Position numbers and translations under genes: made by a program
Notes under the pieces: generated by a model
What the model was told of the DNA's origin: nothing
The model's input: the letters and a program-made list of their open reading frames with translations, nothing else
Database searches by the model: none
In this document: positions 22,144-33,445 of the stretch, in pieces
Layout: the number at the start of each line of letters is the position of its first letter
How positions within the stretch are numbered: the first letter of the stretch is position 1
Origin: Cercozoa sp. M6MM
Lineage: Eukaryota; Protista; Endomyxa: Ascetosporea
Reading direction: 5' to 3' (one strand)
Assembly: GCA_040357565.1 (NCBI GenBank)
Contig: JBDODJ010000113.1
Length of the DNA: 37,059 nucleotides

Positions 22144-24231
22144 CACACATACACACACACATACACACACACACACACACAACTGAATGAATACAAAGAG
22201 AGTTTACATGAGTCGCCACTCGTCGTGATCGAATTCACAATGGCGGTTCAGTGTCAAATCGATCAGTGATTGAACGATCCGATCAAACACCGTCACCAAG
22301 CGATCTTCCGATCGGTGTTCACGTGCGTTGAAGTTCGGGTCCGCTAACTGGGTCAAGGGGGGTTAACAGGGTTGAACGGGGTTAACAGGGTTTAACGGGG
22401 GGGGGGTAAGGATACCGCACACTGCCGTCCGCACAAAACGCGCGCTGTCACGCGGTCCAAATCGTCGCTGCTCTCGCCTGGGGTGGGGTGGAGGAATAAG
22501 GGAGGTAAGGGGAAGGTGTTAAGTACCTGACAGTTCCTGATCATTGAGCAGTTTCTGACGCGCCTTGGCACCCTACACACTCTCATAGTAAGCCCTTCCA
22601 CTCCCACTTTTACCCCCGGTTTTGCCCCCCCCCCCCCACCCCTGATACCTTGCGACACGCCTCGCGGTACAGCGCAGACAGACGTGAGCGTTTGACAGCG
22701 CCGCGCACGTGTACCGGCGTCGACAGTGGCGCGTGTTGTCTGCACCGTCAACCCAAACCGTCACACCTCAAACATCAACAAACCGTCTGGATTTATTTAA
22801 AACCGTCAAAATTAATCCAAACCGTCAAAATTTAACCGAACCGTCAAATTTAATTCAAAACCGTCAAAATTCATCCAAACCGTCACAAACTCATCCAAAA
22901 CCGTCCCACACCGTCAGGGATGGGAGAAACGCACCGCGGCACGAGTTTCGCGAAGCGCGTGGGCGCAACGGCCAGCAGGCGCGTCAGGCGTTTCGTGTCC
23001 TCGACGGCACCGTCGTACAGCTCGATCGAACCGTCGGACCGACCGCCATCTTCAGTGGAGTGATCGATCAAACCGTCAATAGAGTGATCGATCAAACCGT
23101 CAGTGGAGTGATCGGCGTAGAAACCGTCAGTGACGCCGTTGATGCGGCCCTGCAGGAGGCGCGTCACGGCGCAGCGGAACAGGACGGTGGCGTCGCCACG
23201 TGCGCTCAGTGCCGCACGGTTCTGCTGCTGGCGTCGTTTCTCCCAGTGGCGCGTCCAGTCGCACGTGGTGTCACTCAAACCGTCAGTGACCGGAGCGATC
23301 GAAGCGTCAGTGATCGCGGCACCGTCCCTGGAACCGCCGCCGACACCGTCGATTCGCAACAACGCCGAACGCACCGCGCGCAAGTCCACGCGCAACTGCG
23401 TCGATCGCGATGCCTGTGTGGGGGGGGGTAAAGGGGCATATGGGGGATATAGGGGGTATAGGTAGGGGTATAGGGGGGGTAAGACGCACCATGAAGTTGC
23501 CTTCCAGCAGTCGCAGTCGGTAGCGCCGACGCGTTTCTCGTTCCGCCTGTCCGATACTGCACGACGCGGGTCAACAGAGGGGGGTACGAAGGGCGTAGAA
23601 AGGGATAAGAAGGAGGTAAGAAGGGGGTAAAAACCGAGTGCGAGCGCCGTGTCGACGAAGATCGAAATTCGACAATGCCGGCAGTTTCATATCGCCACAT
23701 CGGTCTGGAAGGTAGGGGGTGTCAAGGGGTGTCAAGGGGTCGGGGGGGGGGGGGGGGTAAAAACTCAAGTACCACACAGACGCGCCGTACCACCAGGCAA
23801 ACCCAAATTTTCTCCTGGCACCAATTTCGACGAACACTCGGCGCAGAACACGCGACCACTATGGGAGTAAAGGGGGGGGGGGGTAAAAGGGGGGGTAAAA
23901 CAGGGGAGTAAACTACCACAGGCGACAGTGGTGCCGACGTCGCAGCACGTGAAATTCGCGTGCGCACTGATGACACTGCACACTATTCGCGTCGCTCTGT
24001 ACACACATTACATCCTCATCCCCTTTTACCCCCTCATTTATCCCTCATTTCAATATACATATATATACCATCCAGAACTCCTGCGTGCCACGCGCCTCGT
24101 CATTGGCCGTTTCTGCCAGTCGAGGAAACTCGTACAGTGCGTCTTCTTCCTGTTCCAATCCTTTAAAATAAGGACAGAGGTGGACCGTGTATTTGGACTA
24201 ATACCCCGGGACCCAGCAGTTGTCGAAACAT
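14872..24231 (-). CDS. FAB1: 1-phosphatidylinositol-3-phosphate 5-kinase Fab1/PIKfyve (FYVE + CCT-like + PIPK domains)
   Basis: FYVE: FWMSDANSVQCHQCAREFHVLRRRHHCRLCGRVFCAEC. CCT-like: SRAVDGVVLHAAPAHRSMPSLIQRPAI. Kinase: TGGKSRAHFGRTRDDRFVVK, MPNLFFG, FDLKGSRRNR, VLLDSNF, DSDFLCRLGIVDYSLLVG, GIIDYFRLY, PETYRDRF. Many GT-AG introns. The start at 24231 is inferred. Confidence 0.93.
17812..18130. repeat. Degenerate (AACTC)n / AAAC-rich simple repeat in a long Fab1 intron
   Basis: aactcaactca-type units repeated many times. Confidence 0.75.
22088..22180. repeat. (CA)n microsatellite, intronic
   Basis: Seen directly. Confidence 0.97.
22744..23290. repeat. AAACCGTCA degenerate repeat spanning a Fab1 intron and the neighbouring exon
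   Basis: About nine (a)aaccgtc units in the intron at 22744-22916. Further copies lie in exon 24-nt repeats encoding HSTDGLID-HSIDGLID-HSTEDG. Confidence 0.8.
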
Positions 24232-24463
24232 CGGACAAATCAGCCACAGGCAAAAGTGCGATAGTGACCAGAATATTGGTCTATGCACTCAGTGGCACCT
24301 GTGGCACACCCTGCAATGTCTAAGTAATGCACTGTGAGCAAGCTATTTGATTTTTGGTGTCTCGAGAGAATCGAAGAGTGGCTATTCTGAGCTTTGCCGT
24401 TGAGAGCAGTCAGCAGCGCCACGCGTGTGTGCGTAGTTTCTTGTAGCACTTGGGACTGTCAGA
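24232..24463. promoter_or_regulatory. Probable bidirectional promoter between FAB1 and CLP1
   Basis: About 230 bp between divergent start codons. Geometry only. Confidence 0.5.
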
Positions 24464-26984
24464 ATGACGAGTAAACCGCGTCGTGTAAAATTGAAGCCAG
24501 AAGAGGTAGATTTCCCAGTTTGCCCACGTGCGCGTTTTCCAAAAAACATGTTTCGCCCCTGCAGGAGCTCCGCTTCGAGGTGGGTCCTCGACAGCTATTG
24601 ACTGTGACACTTCTGGACGGTTCTGCTGAGATTTTCGGTATATTTAAACAGAAATACCAAAGTGAAACTGATGATTGTTTTTCTAATATCTTTTCCAGGC
24701 AGCGAAATGGCGCACAATCGCGCGTACAGTTTTGACTCCAACTCAAAAGTATCAGTTTCTGATCACTTTAGACTGAAAAATCAGTGTGTGTCCCAGAAAG
24801 CAGTGTTTTCGTGGCATGGCGCCGAATTACAACTCCGAGGCGAGGTGATTTTTCGTATTTTCTTGTTTAAAGGAGTGTCACTGGTCGAGTTTTTGTTCCA
24901 GACGCAACACGAATACGTCAGCGAAGCGAGTTTTATGGTGCGTAGCCATCTAGTTTTTGGCGGCTGATTCGGTTGATTTTTAAGGCTGCGTTGGCAGATT
25001 AAAGTGGCGAATCTGCACGCCGCGATCGAACAGATGCGCAAACAGTACTTTTTTGTGATCGCTGGGTCCTTGTGTTTCAATAGCACGTGTGCACAGAGGC
25101 AAGTCGCCACGTGTCATGGTGATTGGTCCTACCGACGCCGGCAAAAGCTCGCTGTGTCGCACGCTGTGCAACTACGCTGTCCGCTCGGACCGACGACCGA
25201 TTTTCGTAGCTTTAATTTTTCTCCTAACTGATCGATCAGTGCAGTGAGTTAACGTTTGTTTGTGCAGGTGGACATGGACGTTGGACAGAATGGACTGGCG
25301 CCATCTGGGTACTCCTAACGGTTATTTGTTCTGACTTTTTCGTATTTTTCTTGGTCAGTTGTGTCGCTGCAAAAATCATCACTCGAACGGTACACTGTTT
25401 GATCTTGTGCAGATGCACTGTGCACTATGTTCTATGTTGTTTGGCTGCAGGAAGAGATAGCTTCGGACACGATCGAATCGGACTCGTGGTGAGTCAGTTT
25501 TCTCGAAACTCGGCTTCTTAATTATCATCGGAACTGACTATTTGTTTGCTTGTCCTGTAGTGATGCCAAGGAGGCGCCAGTTGCCTTCTACGTGGGTCAC
25601 GCCTCGCCGGCCGGCAACAAGGATCGGTACAAGCAGTGCACGGTGCTGCTGTCGCGCGCCGTGCAGGGCCGTCTGCGTGCGTTCGAAGCTGTTGCGGACA
25701 GTGGCGTCATTCTCAACACGGTACCCCTTTAGATATTGGCGCCTTTTCATTCGCATGTTGTTCTTTAGTGCGGTTGGGTCGATGGACTCGGCTGGAACAT
25801 CATTTTGGTACTGCTGATCAGTGTAGCTTTGCAATCGACTGGCATTGACTGATAAACCTGGCTACAGGACATTTGGGAGAAATTCGAAATCAACGTCATC
25901 GTCGTTCTTGGACCGGATCGATTGGTAGTCTCTTTTGTTTAAATGTATGTAGTTTTTATTGGGTTTTGATCTTGTTTTTGCTTAGTTTGCTCAAACGAAG
26001 CGCGCTTTGTCGAGTTTCAGTCCGTACCACGAACTGTTTCATTTGTGAGTTTTTTTTTTACTTGTGGAGAAACGCCGCAGGTCAGACAAGCGAAACGAGA
26101 CGCAAGTGGTCCACATGCGTCCCAGTGGTGGCGTTGCTGCTCGCACAAGGTACATTTACTACAAAGCGAACTTGTTTGTTTGCAGTATTTTGTTTTTTGC
26201 TTTTCTGAGCAGAGCAGAACGAATGACGGCTCGGGACAGGTCAGTACAGGTGTGTTTATCCTTGCAGCTGTTTTATTTGCTTTCGTTATGTTCTCTATTC
26301 CCTAGAGTTACTTTTACGGGTCACATGGCATGCTGAGTCCGCAAAAACTCTTTCTTAAGTTGCGACAAGAGCAAGTGCGCTTTCATATTTCAATGTGTTT
26401 AGTTTTGATAAAATCGTTGGGTTAACTGAGCAGACTGGTGACATTGAAATCTACGCAGTGTCACAAATGACCAAGAGCGAAATGGCTTCGTACTCTTGCT
26501 TTTTAGTGCGAAACCTGTCTCTGAGTTTGTTTGTTTTTTATTTCTCCTTGCTTTTTGCAGAACGTTGCCAATCGCAAACGAAGAAAAATCGCCGACGCTT
26601 GAGGACGTAGCTTTCCCGTTTCGGTTGTGCTTTGTGAGAGTTCACTTGACTGATGACTGCTTGTTTGCCTATACAGGAAACGCTGCTGGTGGAACGACTC
26701 GAAAGCGTTGGACCTGAGCTGGAGAATTCACTGGTCGCCGTGACCTTTGCCGAAACTCCTGAGGCTGTTCTGCAGTCCAACGTGGCCGGCTTTGTTCACA
26801 TGTAGTTCTTTTTTGTTTTTTCTCTACTTCTCTTTGCCAGCGATGTTACTTTGTGTGCATGTGGTGCAGAAGCAAGGTGCACAAGAACAGAACGCTTGAG
26901 GTGCTGGCACCGTGCGCCGGCCCGCTGCCAGGCAAGGGACTCTTGCTTCTGGGCAAGATTAAGTGGCGCCCACCACATCTTTAG
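24464..26984 (+). CDS. CLP1: Clp1 polyribonucleotide 5'-hydroxyl kinase / mRNA cleavage factor subunit
   Basis: Spliced: [121 protein letters not shown]. Confidence 0.95.
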
Positions 26985-27274
26985 CTCTCTCGTCTAGTAA
27001 TTTCGTTAACACCAAGTGTTCAGCGAATGATCAAATGCGATCGGCGCGGTCACCCAGAACCGTGGCCGCCGGCCTGCCGAGTGTGAGTGGTCACGCGCAC
27101 AGCTCAAAGGATCCAAAAAGTCTCGCACAAGTTTGGCCCACACGCGCGCTTCCCTGCTTGGCGGCACACAGTCAGTGTGTGGCGTTTGAACAGCGTGCAG
27201 TGCATTGCGCAACCCAGCGACTGGCCTTGGGTGGCACAAATCCGCCGTTTTGCCGAAGGGCTTCTGGCCTTTGT

Positions 27275-27320
27275 GCTTGCTCGCTTCTCGCTTGCTCGCT
27301 TCTCGCTTGCTCGCTTCTCT
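27275..27320. repeat. 15-bp tandem repeat (GCTTGCTCGCTTCTC) x3, upstream of the zf-4CXXC gene
   Basis: Seen directly. Confidence 0.85.
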
Positions 27321-27451
27321 CTAGGCCCCTGGTCTGGACACCGCACGGCTTGTCGTAGTGCGCTTCCGCGCTTGTGCACCTGGGCCGCGTTTTCCTGTCG
27401 TCTTGCGATCCTCTCCCAGCTTACTCACGCTGTGTTCCTATCGCCAAAACA

Positions 27452-29303
27452 ATGCAGCAAGAGTCATCAGATTCTGAGAGGAGCAGTGCGCCGCCACCAA
27501 AGCGCCAAAAGCTGATGACCGACGTTTCGGTATTTCTTTTTCCCTGTTCGCGCGGAATTTGTCTCGCTTTCACACTTTCTCGTGGCTGCCATACTGGCAG
27601 GTGCGCGAATCGCCGCTGCTGAAGGCGTTCTCAAAAGGCAAGCAGCCAAAAGGCCGGCAAGGCAAGAGCTGCCATGTTTGCAAGAGACTGCGTAACTTAT
27701 CACTTTTCTGGAATTCAGTTAAGCGGATCGAGCTTGACTATTGCATGTTTCACAGGGCCTTTGGTGGTGTGGTGCCAATCAACACGCCTCGAAGGTGGCG
27801 GGAAGGTACATCTCGTTTTTTGTGATTTATTGCTGTCTTGATACTGATTACATGTCCACAGTGCCTCAAGAAGTTCTGCACGCGATGCATTACAGTAACT
27901 CTGATTTCCCTGTTTGTTCTTCTGTTTAAATTACGTTGCCGTGAACAGGCACACTTGAAATCATCCGAGCCTCCAGTTGTGACGGAAGAAGATTGCGATC
28001 GACTCGAACGGTGAGTCGACTGTTGCTTTGACTACCTGACTACCGACTCACGTTGAAGTGATGACAGAGAAAACTGGCGCTGTTATGCCTGCCGCAACAT
28101 GTGCTCATGCACGCATTGTCGCCGAAAGGTACAGTAAAAGAAGAAGTCTGCGCTCGCATTTCTGTTTTTATCGGTGCGTGATACAGCGAGAAAAAGCCGC
28201 CACAGAGCAACAAAAGCCGCAAACGTCTTCCGTGTTGTGTATTTTGGTTTTTCCGACAGCTTATGAGGAGTTCGATGCTTGTTCCACGTTGCAGCGAAAG
28301 ACGTGAAACCGGCCCCTGATTCGAGAAAGCCGCGACAGCGACGTGTCAAACAGGTGCACTAAGCTTCTCTGTATTCTATGACCTTGTATTTCAGTAGCGC
28401 AAGGTCTGGCGAATGCCCGAGCCTTTGAACGGAGACCTCATGTCTTCCGTTCCAGAAGTTCCGTAAGTTCTTTTTATCTGCTGGTGTTTGCGTCCTTTGC
28501 TCGAGATGTTGTTTTGACAGATACAAACGTGCGCAACGACGATCGCAGGAGGTACGCTGATAATATTCACTTGATTGAACTTAAAGAGTTACTGCTTTGT
28601 GTGTCAGCAGTTGCAGAACTTGCGTCAGACGGTGCAAGATCAGTCAAAAGTGATTCGGCGTCTGCAAGAACGATGTGAGGCTGCAGAACAGGTAGCAGCC
28701 GTACTTTTAAAAACAGAAGGCTTGTTCTGATTGTCACGTGTGTTCTCTCGTTGAGACAGAATATGCAATTGTGCCGTGACGCTTTGTCGCTCGTGATCGG
28801 CGAGGAACAAGCGCAGAAGATTGACGTATCGACTTTGCCGTCGCGAATCAGTGCGATCCAGTTCGTTCGGCGGTAGAGACTTTTCGTTTGTGTGTTGACA
28901 TGTTTGTGCTCGATTCTGATGGACTCACAGTGTGGTCACTAACTCTCGCGAGGTGGAAACGCCGCCGTCTGCACCGTTGGACGCACTGTTTGTTGCTGCC
29001 GATTATCTGTACCGTCGAGACCACACACTACACGGTACATGCCGTCCTTTTCCCTCTGTGTGTTTGCTATTGTTTGACACTGTCTGTATTTTAGATGCAG
29101 CCATCTTGGCGCATGCCACGCAGATCGTGCGCCACATGCCTGCAACCGCCAACAGCGACAGCGTTGGCCACATGGACGCAGGCACAGGCGCAGGCACAGG
29201 CACAGACACACACACAGGCCCCACATTGGAAGATGCCACCGTGGGCACCGTGACGCATGAAAATAGAGACTCAGCAGGTGATAGCACTACAGGCGCCGAG
29301 TAA
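27452..29303 (+). CDS. zf-4CXXC_R1 (CDCA7-type) zinc-finger protein
   Basis: Spliced GKSCHVCKR...WC...KCLKKFCTRCI...NWRCYACRNMCSCTHCRRKR matches the zf-4CXXC_R1 Cys pattern. NLS-like PPPKRQK at the N-terminus. The C-terminal exons are less certain. Confidence 0.8.
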
Positions 29304-29347
29304 CGTGACCGTCGTATGCCTGGGACTGTATAACGTAACCGAACCTG

Positions 29348-30783
29348 ATGTATACAAATGTACTAACCGAACTGCGATCGCGACCGGATTTACCGGACCG
29401 GACGTACAGTAATTCGTTCGCTTCAGCTCGTAGCTGCGTGTCAGGCTTGTCATCCGACTGCGATTTCGTTAAGGTACTTTGTCTTGACATGGTTCTGTAC
29501 ATGTATGTCGCGGAGCTTCTACAGTCGAATACATACACCCCTGCAGTACGTCGACTCACTCTACTTACTGTTCTCTCTCGGTGAACTGACGTGCAGGAGA
29601 GAAATTCCGCGCGGTGATTTCAAGCACTGGAAAGAGCGCGGTGTACGTCGTATCACAGTGCAGCTCGGTAAGAGTAAGCAAAGGGGGAGTTTTGTCCTTT
29701 GGATACGACGTTGAAGTTTGTTGATAGCTGTGTGGTACGGGTACGACGTCAGCGGAATGACTGCGCGTGCTGGCCGACCTCACTGTGTACTTATGCCCCT
29801 CGTTCACCACTGTGCCCCCTGCCCCTCCTCCACCCCTCCTTTACCCCAGCTTTTACCCCTGTACCCCCGCCCCCTGTGCCCAGACAAGACTCGCCGCATC
29901 TGGACGCACGCGCCATCGTGGCACTCGCGTTGCCGCAGAGTGACTCGCTCAAGTGGCTTGCTATGGATGTAGCAACGCCTCCTCTTAATTCGATCAGCCC
30001 AAGCTGTGTGCCCAAATGTACCGTCTCTGTAGGACAGGACTGGTCGAGTGATGTTGCACGATGCGTGGCAGGTGCACAATTGGGAACTTTTCACGCTGCA
30101 CGGCGCTGTCGCACTCGAGCCTGGTGCAGTTTGCCCCTTTACCCCCTACCCCTTAGCCCCTTTACCCTACCCTTGGCTCCCTTAAATTCACTCTCTACCT
30201 CTATTCCGTCCTACCCCCTCTTCCAGGTGAGCGGAATGTGCTGAAGCAGTGGCATTGGCCGGCGTGGTCGCGTGCCTGTGCAGCCTACCACGCACGTGTG
30301 CGAGCGTGCCCTGTGTTTTACCCCCTACCCCCTTACCGCCTTTACTTCCATCCCGGCCCCCCCCCCCCAGGCTGAACGTGTGCGCGCACGACAACATGCC
30401 CAAGAGTCTCTCGGTGCGTGTGCCCGATGAACCTAACCTCGCTATCGATTCGCATGCCATTCACACTCTCTTGGCTGGCGGTACTGTATTTCTCTCACCC
30501 GACTCCTCTCACCCCTTTACCTGTACCGCTATAACCACCCATTTACCCGTCCCCCCTTCTCCCCAGACGCGATGAAGGAGTCGCAGCAGTCGCGTGCGTT
30601 GCGACTGCTGGCGCCGGCATTTCCGTGGCACTCCAACGGCAACGTCATACCGCAGCATGTACCCCCTTTACCACTTACTCCTTACCCCTCCTACCCTAGC
30701 TGCATTGCTGCAGGTGCCGCATTCGCTGGAATGGGAAGCACCACTGGCGGCTGCGCAACTCGCCCATCTGGTACCTAATATAA
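29348..30783 (+). CDS. Hypothetical multi-exon protein, Trp/His-rich, function unknown
   Basis: GC-rich exon blocks alternate with GT-AG introns, several of them C-rich (e.g. TGRVMLHDAWQVHNWELFTLHGAVALEPG, RALRLLAPAFPWHSNGNVIPQH-VPHSLEWE). The frame through the 5' exons and both ends are ambiguous. Confidence 0.5.
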
Positions 30784-31019
30784 CACAACTTTACTGTCAA
30801 ATTAACTATAAATGCAAGAGATAGTACCTTATGTTGACAGAGAAAGATTAGCCCGCGATTGCACATTCGCAACAAGGGCGAACAGCTCCGATCGGTTGTG
30901 CAACTCCTCGTGTGTCGCTGTCCGATGCTCGGTACAACCTTGCTGTTAATGTATCCGAAGGAAGTGTCTTTGTTCAGTTTCATTTTTTTTAGACGAAGAG
31001 ACGAGAAGCCTGAGTTAAG

Positions 31020-32708
31020 CCTCGTCTCAGAAAGGCGCACCAACGTTTGGGAGTGGTTTAAAACCGGCAATAAACCATTCCCAAACCACCCTAAACCAGT
31101 TTGAGACCGTCCAGAAACCACGCAAAAATGTATGGCTATCGACTCATTATAATTTTGTACGGTCCCAGGACTGGAAATACGCCCGCTTCAACAGTCCGTT
31201 TGGACGGTACAGACGACCCAATTATTAAGATTTTGAGTTTTAGAGCGGTTGAAAATTAGTTAGGCATACGAAATTAGGTAACATATATCCCAGCAACGCC
31301 ACTGTAATTAGGTGGCGGTGTTTTGAGACGACAGAAATTGGTGGAATTGTTGGACCTGCTCGGCCGACATCGACTGGAAAAGCTGCAGCATTCCAGCCGC
31401 CGGTGCAGCCGGCGCTGCTTGAGGCGGCGCCTGCGCTTGTGGAGGTGCTTGTGGCGCTCGACGCTGGCGTTTCTTTGGCGGACCCGTCTGCATGGTTGGT
31501 GCATGGTAGATGCATGGTGATACCACATAGCGATTGTACCACGGAGTCGTCAAGCACCTAGATCAGCTTGGACATCTGTATGACCTCCTCAGGGCTATCG
31601 TTCGCACCTACCACAGTACCACAGATTGGTTAGACATCACTCAGATTGGTTGGTGTGCTGACATCAACTCAGACAGGTTACCTGTAACCTGGAGCCAGGC
31701 GCGCAGTTTCCTTGAGCTCGTCGACTGCCTTTGGCGAGAAGGCACCGAGCGAGGCCAGTTCCTTGATGCGCCCTGCGTCCTGAATTTTTGTCAGCTATCC
31801 AGGATAAAACGAAAGATAACAGCTGCAGCTTAAGCACAAGAACTGCGGCACACTAATTCAACAAAACATGGTTACGATGCTGCCGCGTGCGGCCTTCTTT
31901 TCGCGGTTCTTGGCGTCTGAGCAGATGATCAAAGCAACAATGCAACTATATACGAACGGGTGAGAAAACATACCAACGAGCAAAGTAAGATTTGCTACAC
32001 TGGAACTCTAAAATCACAAGAGCATCCTGAAACCGAGAAAGAGTACAGCTGGACAAACTCACGAGTGGGTCATACGAGCTTTCGACATCCACGCGTCGGG
32101 CGCTGTCGAGCAGCCGAATCGTTGTCTCCGCCCATAAGCATGCGAGCGAATACACAGCGACAGTAGGGCTTCTACGCTCTGCTGGTTTTCCGCTTGGTCA
32201 CCAGAGCTCCGACTAAATCTATCATATTAAGACAAGCCAGGCGAAGGTTATACTGCATTTAGCCTGTGCTTACAGTGGGTTGACATTATGTATGTGCCAC
32301 TGGGCGACTCACAAGCAACAGTGTTACAATTCACACTTGAAACTGGTTTGGCCATATTGCTCGTTGGCATCGACAAAGATTGCGGGTTTTCTCAAAACAC
32401 AGCGCCTCTTTGCAGTGCTTGCGCACACCAAACTGCTGTACATAACGTAGACTATGCACTGATTGTGGCCACATGGCCTAAAGGCGCTCTAAAAAATACA
32501 GATTTTCTGACTTGGGCCAGTCCCAAACCAGAACGCTCAAAAACCGAAACAGTTTAAAGGTAATCTCCTTTAATCCCCTTTAATTAAACGAAAATCGATC
32601 CGGCTCAACCCGCGATGAACTGGTCTTAAACCACGATGAAACCGCCTAAACTGGTTTGAAACCGCGTAAACTACGTTGAAACCATTGGTGCGCCTTTCTG
32701 AGACGAGG
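31020..32708. mobile_element. About 1.7 kb element bounded by perfect 24-bp terminal inverted repeats (putative non-autonomous DNA transposon)
   Basis: CCTCGTCTCAGAAAGGCGCACCAA at 31020-31043 and its exact reverse complement at 32685-32708. AAACC-rich subterminal arrays at both ends. Flanks TTAA-G and T-TTAG. Confidence 0.75.
31308..32180 (-). pseudogene. Spliced gene of unknown function inside the TIR element, with an in-frame TAG at 31558-31560
   Basis: GT-AG joined exons read DAKNREKKAARGSI-LTKIQDAGRIKELASLGAFSPKAVDELKETARLAP-GANDSPEEVIQMSKLI*VLDDSV-TGPPKKRQRRAPQAPPQAQ...QQFHQFLSSQNTAT*. The 5' exons are unresolved. Confidence 0.5.
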
Positions 32709-33445
32709 TTTAGACTGCATGAGCTGGGTTTGTGTGTAAGGTGTCGAGCGTATTTTGCTTGCATTTGACCGCGCCGATGCCACCGTGCGATGGTGGATTG
32801 AATTTTTGCGTCGTGCCGTTTGGGTGCCCTCGGAGTAGCCGACACAGTTGCTGTGCTAGCCACTAAACATTACCAACCAGAGTAGCTGGGAAAATCCTAA
32901 CCGTGTCCAGCTTTGTCCTATTGGTACGGGGTCGATCCAGTTCTAAGAAGCCGAGACTTTAAGGGGACTGTAGAAGCGTTCTAAATTTTCGAGGATCGTC
33001 TACGACCTGTCCTGTGGGGAAGTGTCCATGGATGTGCAGCAGGCACCGTCGGCCAAGGTGCGCCCGCCTGTCCAATCGTGTTGCGACATTGTTCTGTACA
33101 TGTCCGTCGCGCAGAACTTTTACAGTTAAGTTACACGCCTACATGTACGTCGACTCAGTCATCCAGGGCGAAACTACAATAAACTGAAACGAAAACCAAC
33201 CAAAATTGTTGTAGTGCAATGTTAGTAACTTGTAGAAGTTGCTCAGTGGCTTAACTTCAAACTGATGCTCATCCGATACTCTGCTAGTGCGACACTCATC
33301 CCGTCAGAAAAAATTGATCCCCGCCTGACCATCACCGACCACTCCCTCGGAAGAGAATTCTGCCTTCGCACTTTCTGCCTTCTTGCCTCTGTTACAGCAA
33401 TTTCTCTACTTTTTAGTGCATACACACACATACGCTTTGTTCACG

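Noticed and set aside
22744-23130. CRISPR-like repeat-spacer array
   Set aside because: Units are 9-24 nt, degenerate and irregularly spaced, in a eukaryotic intron/exon context with no cas genes.
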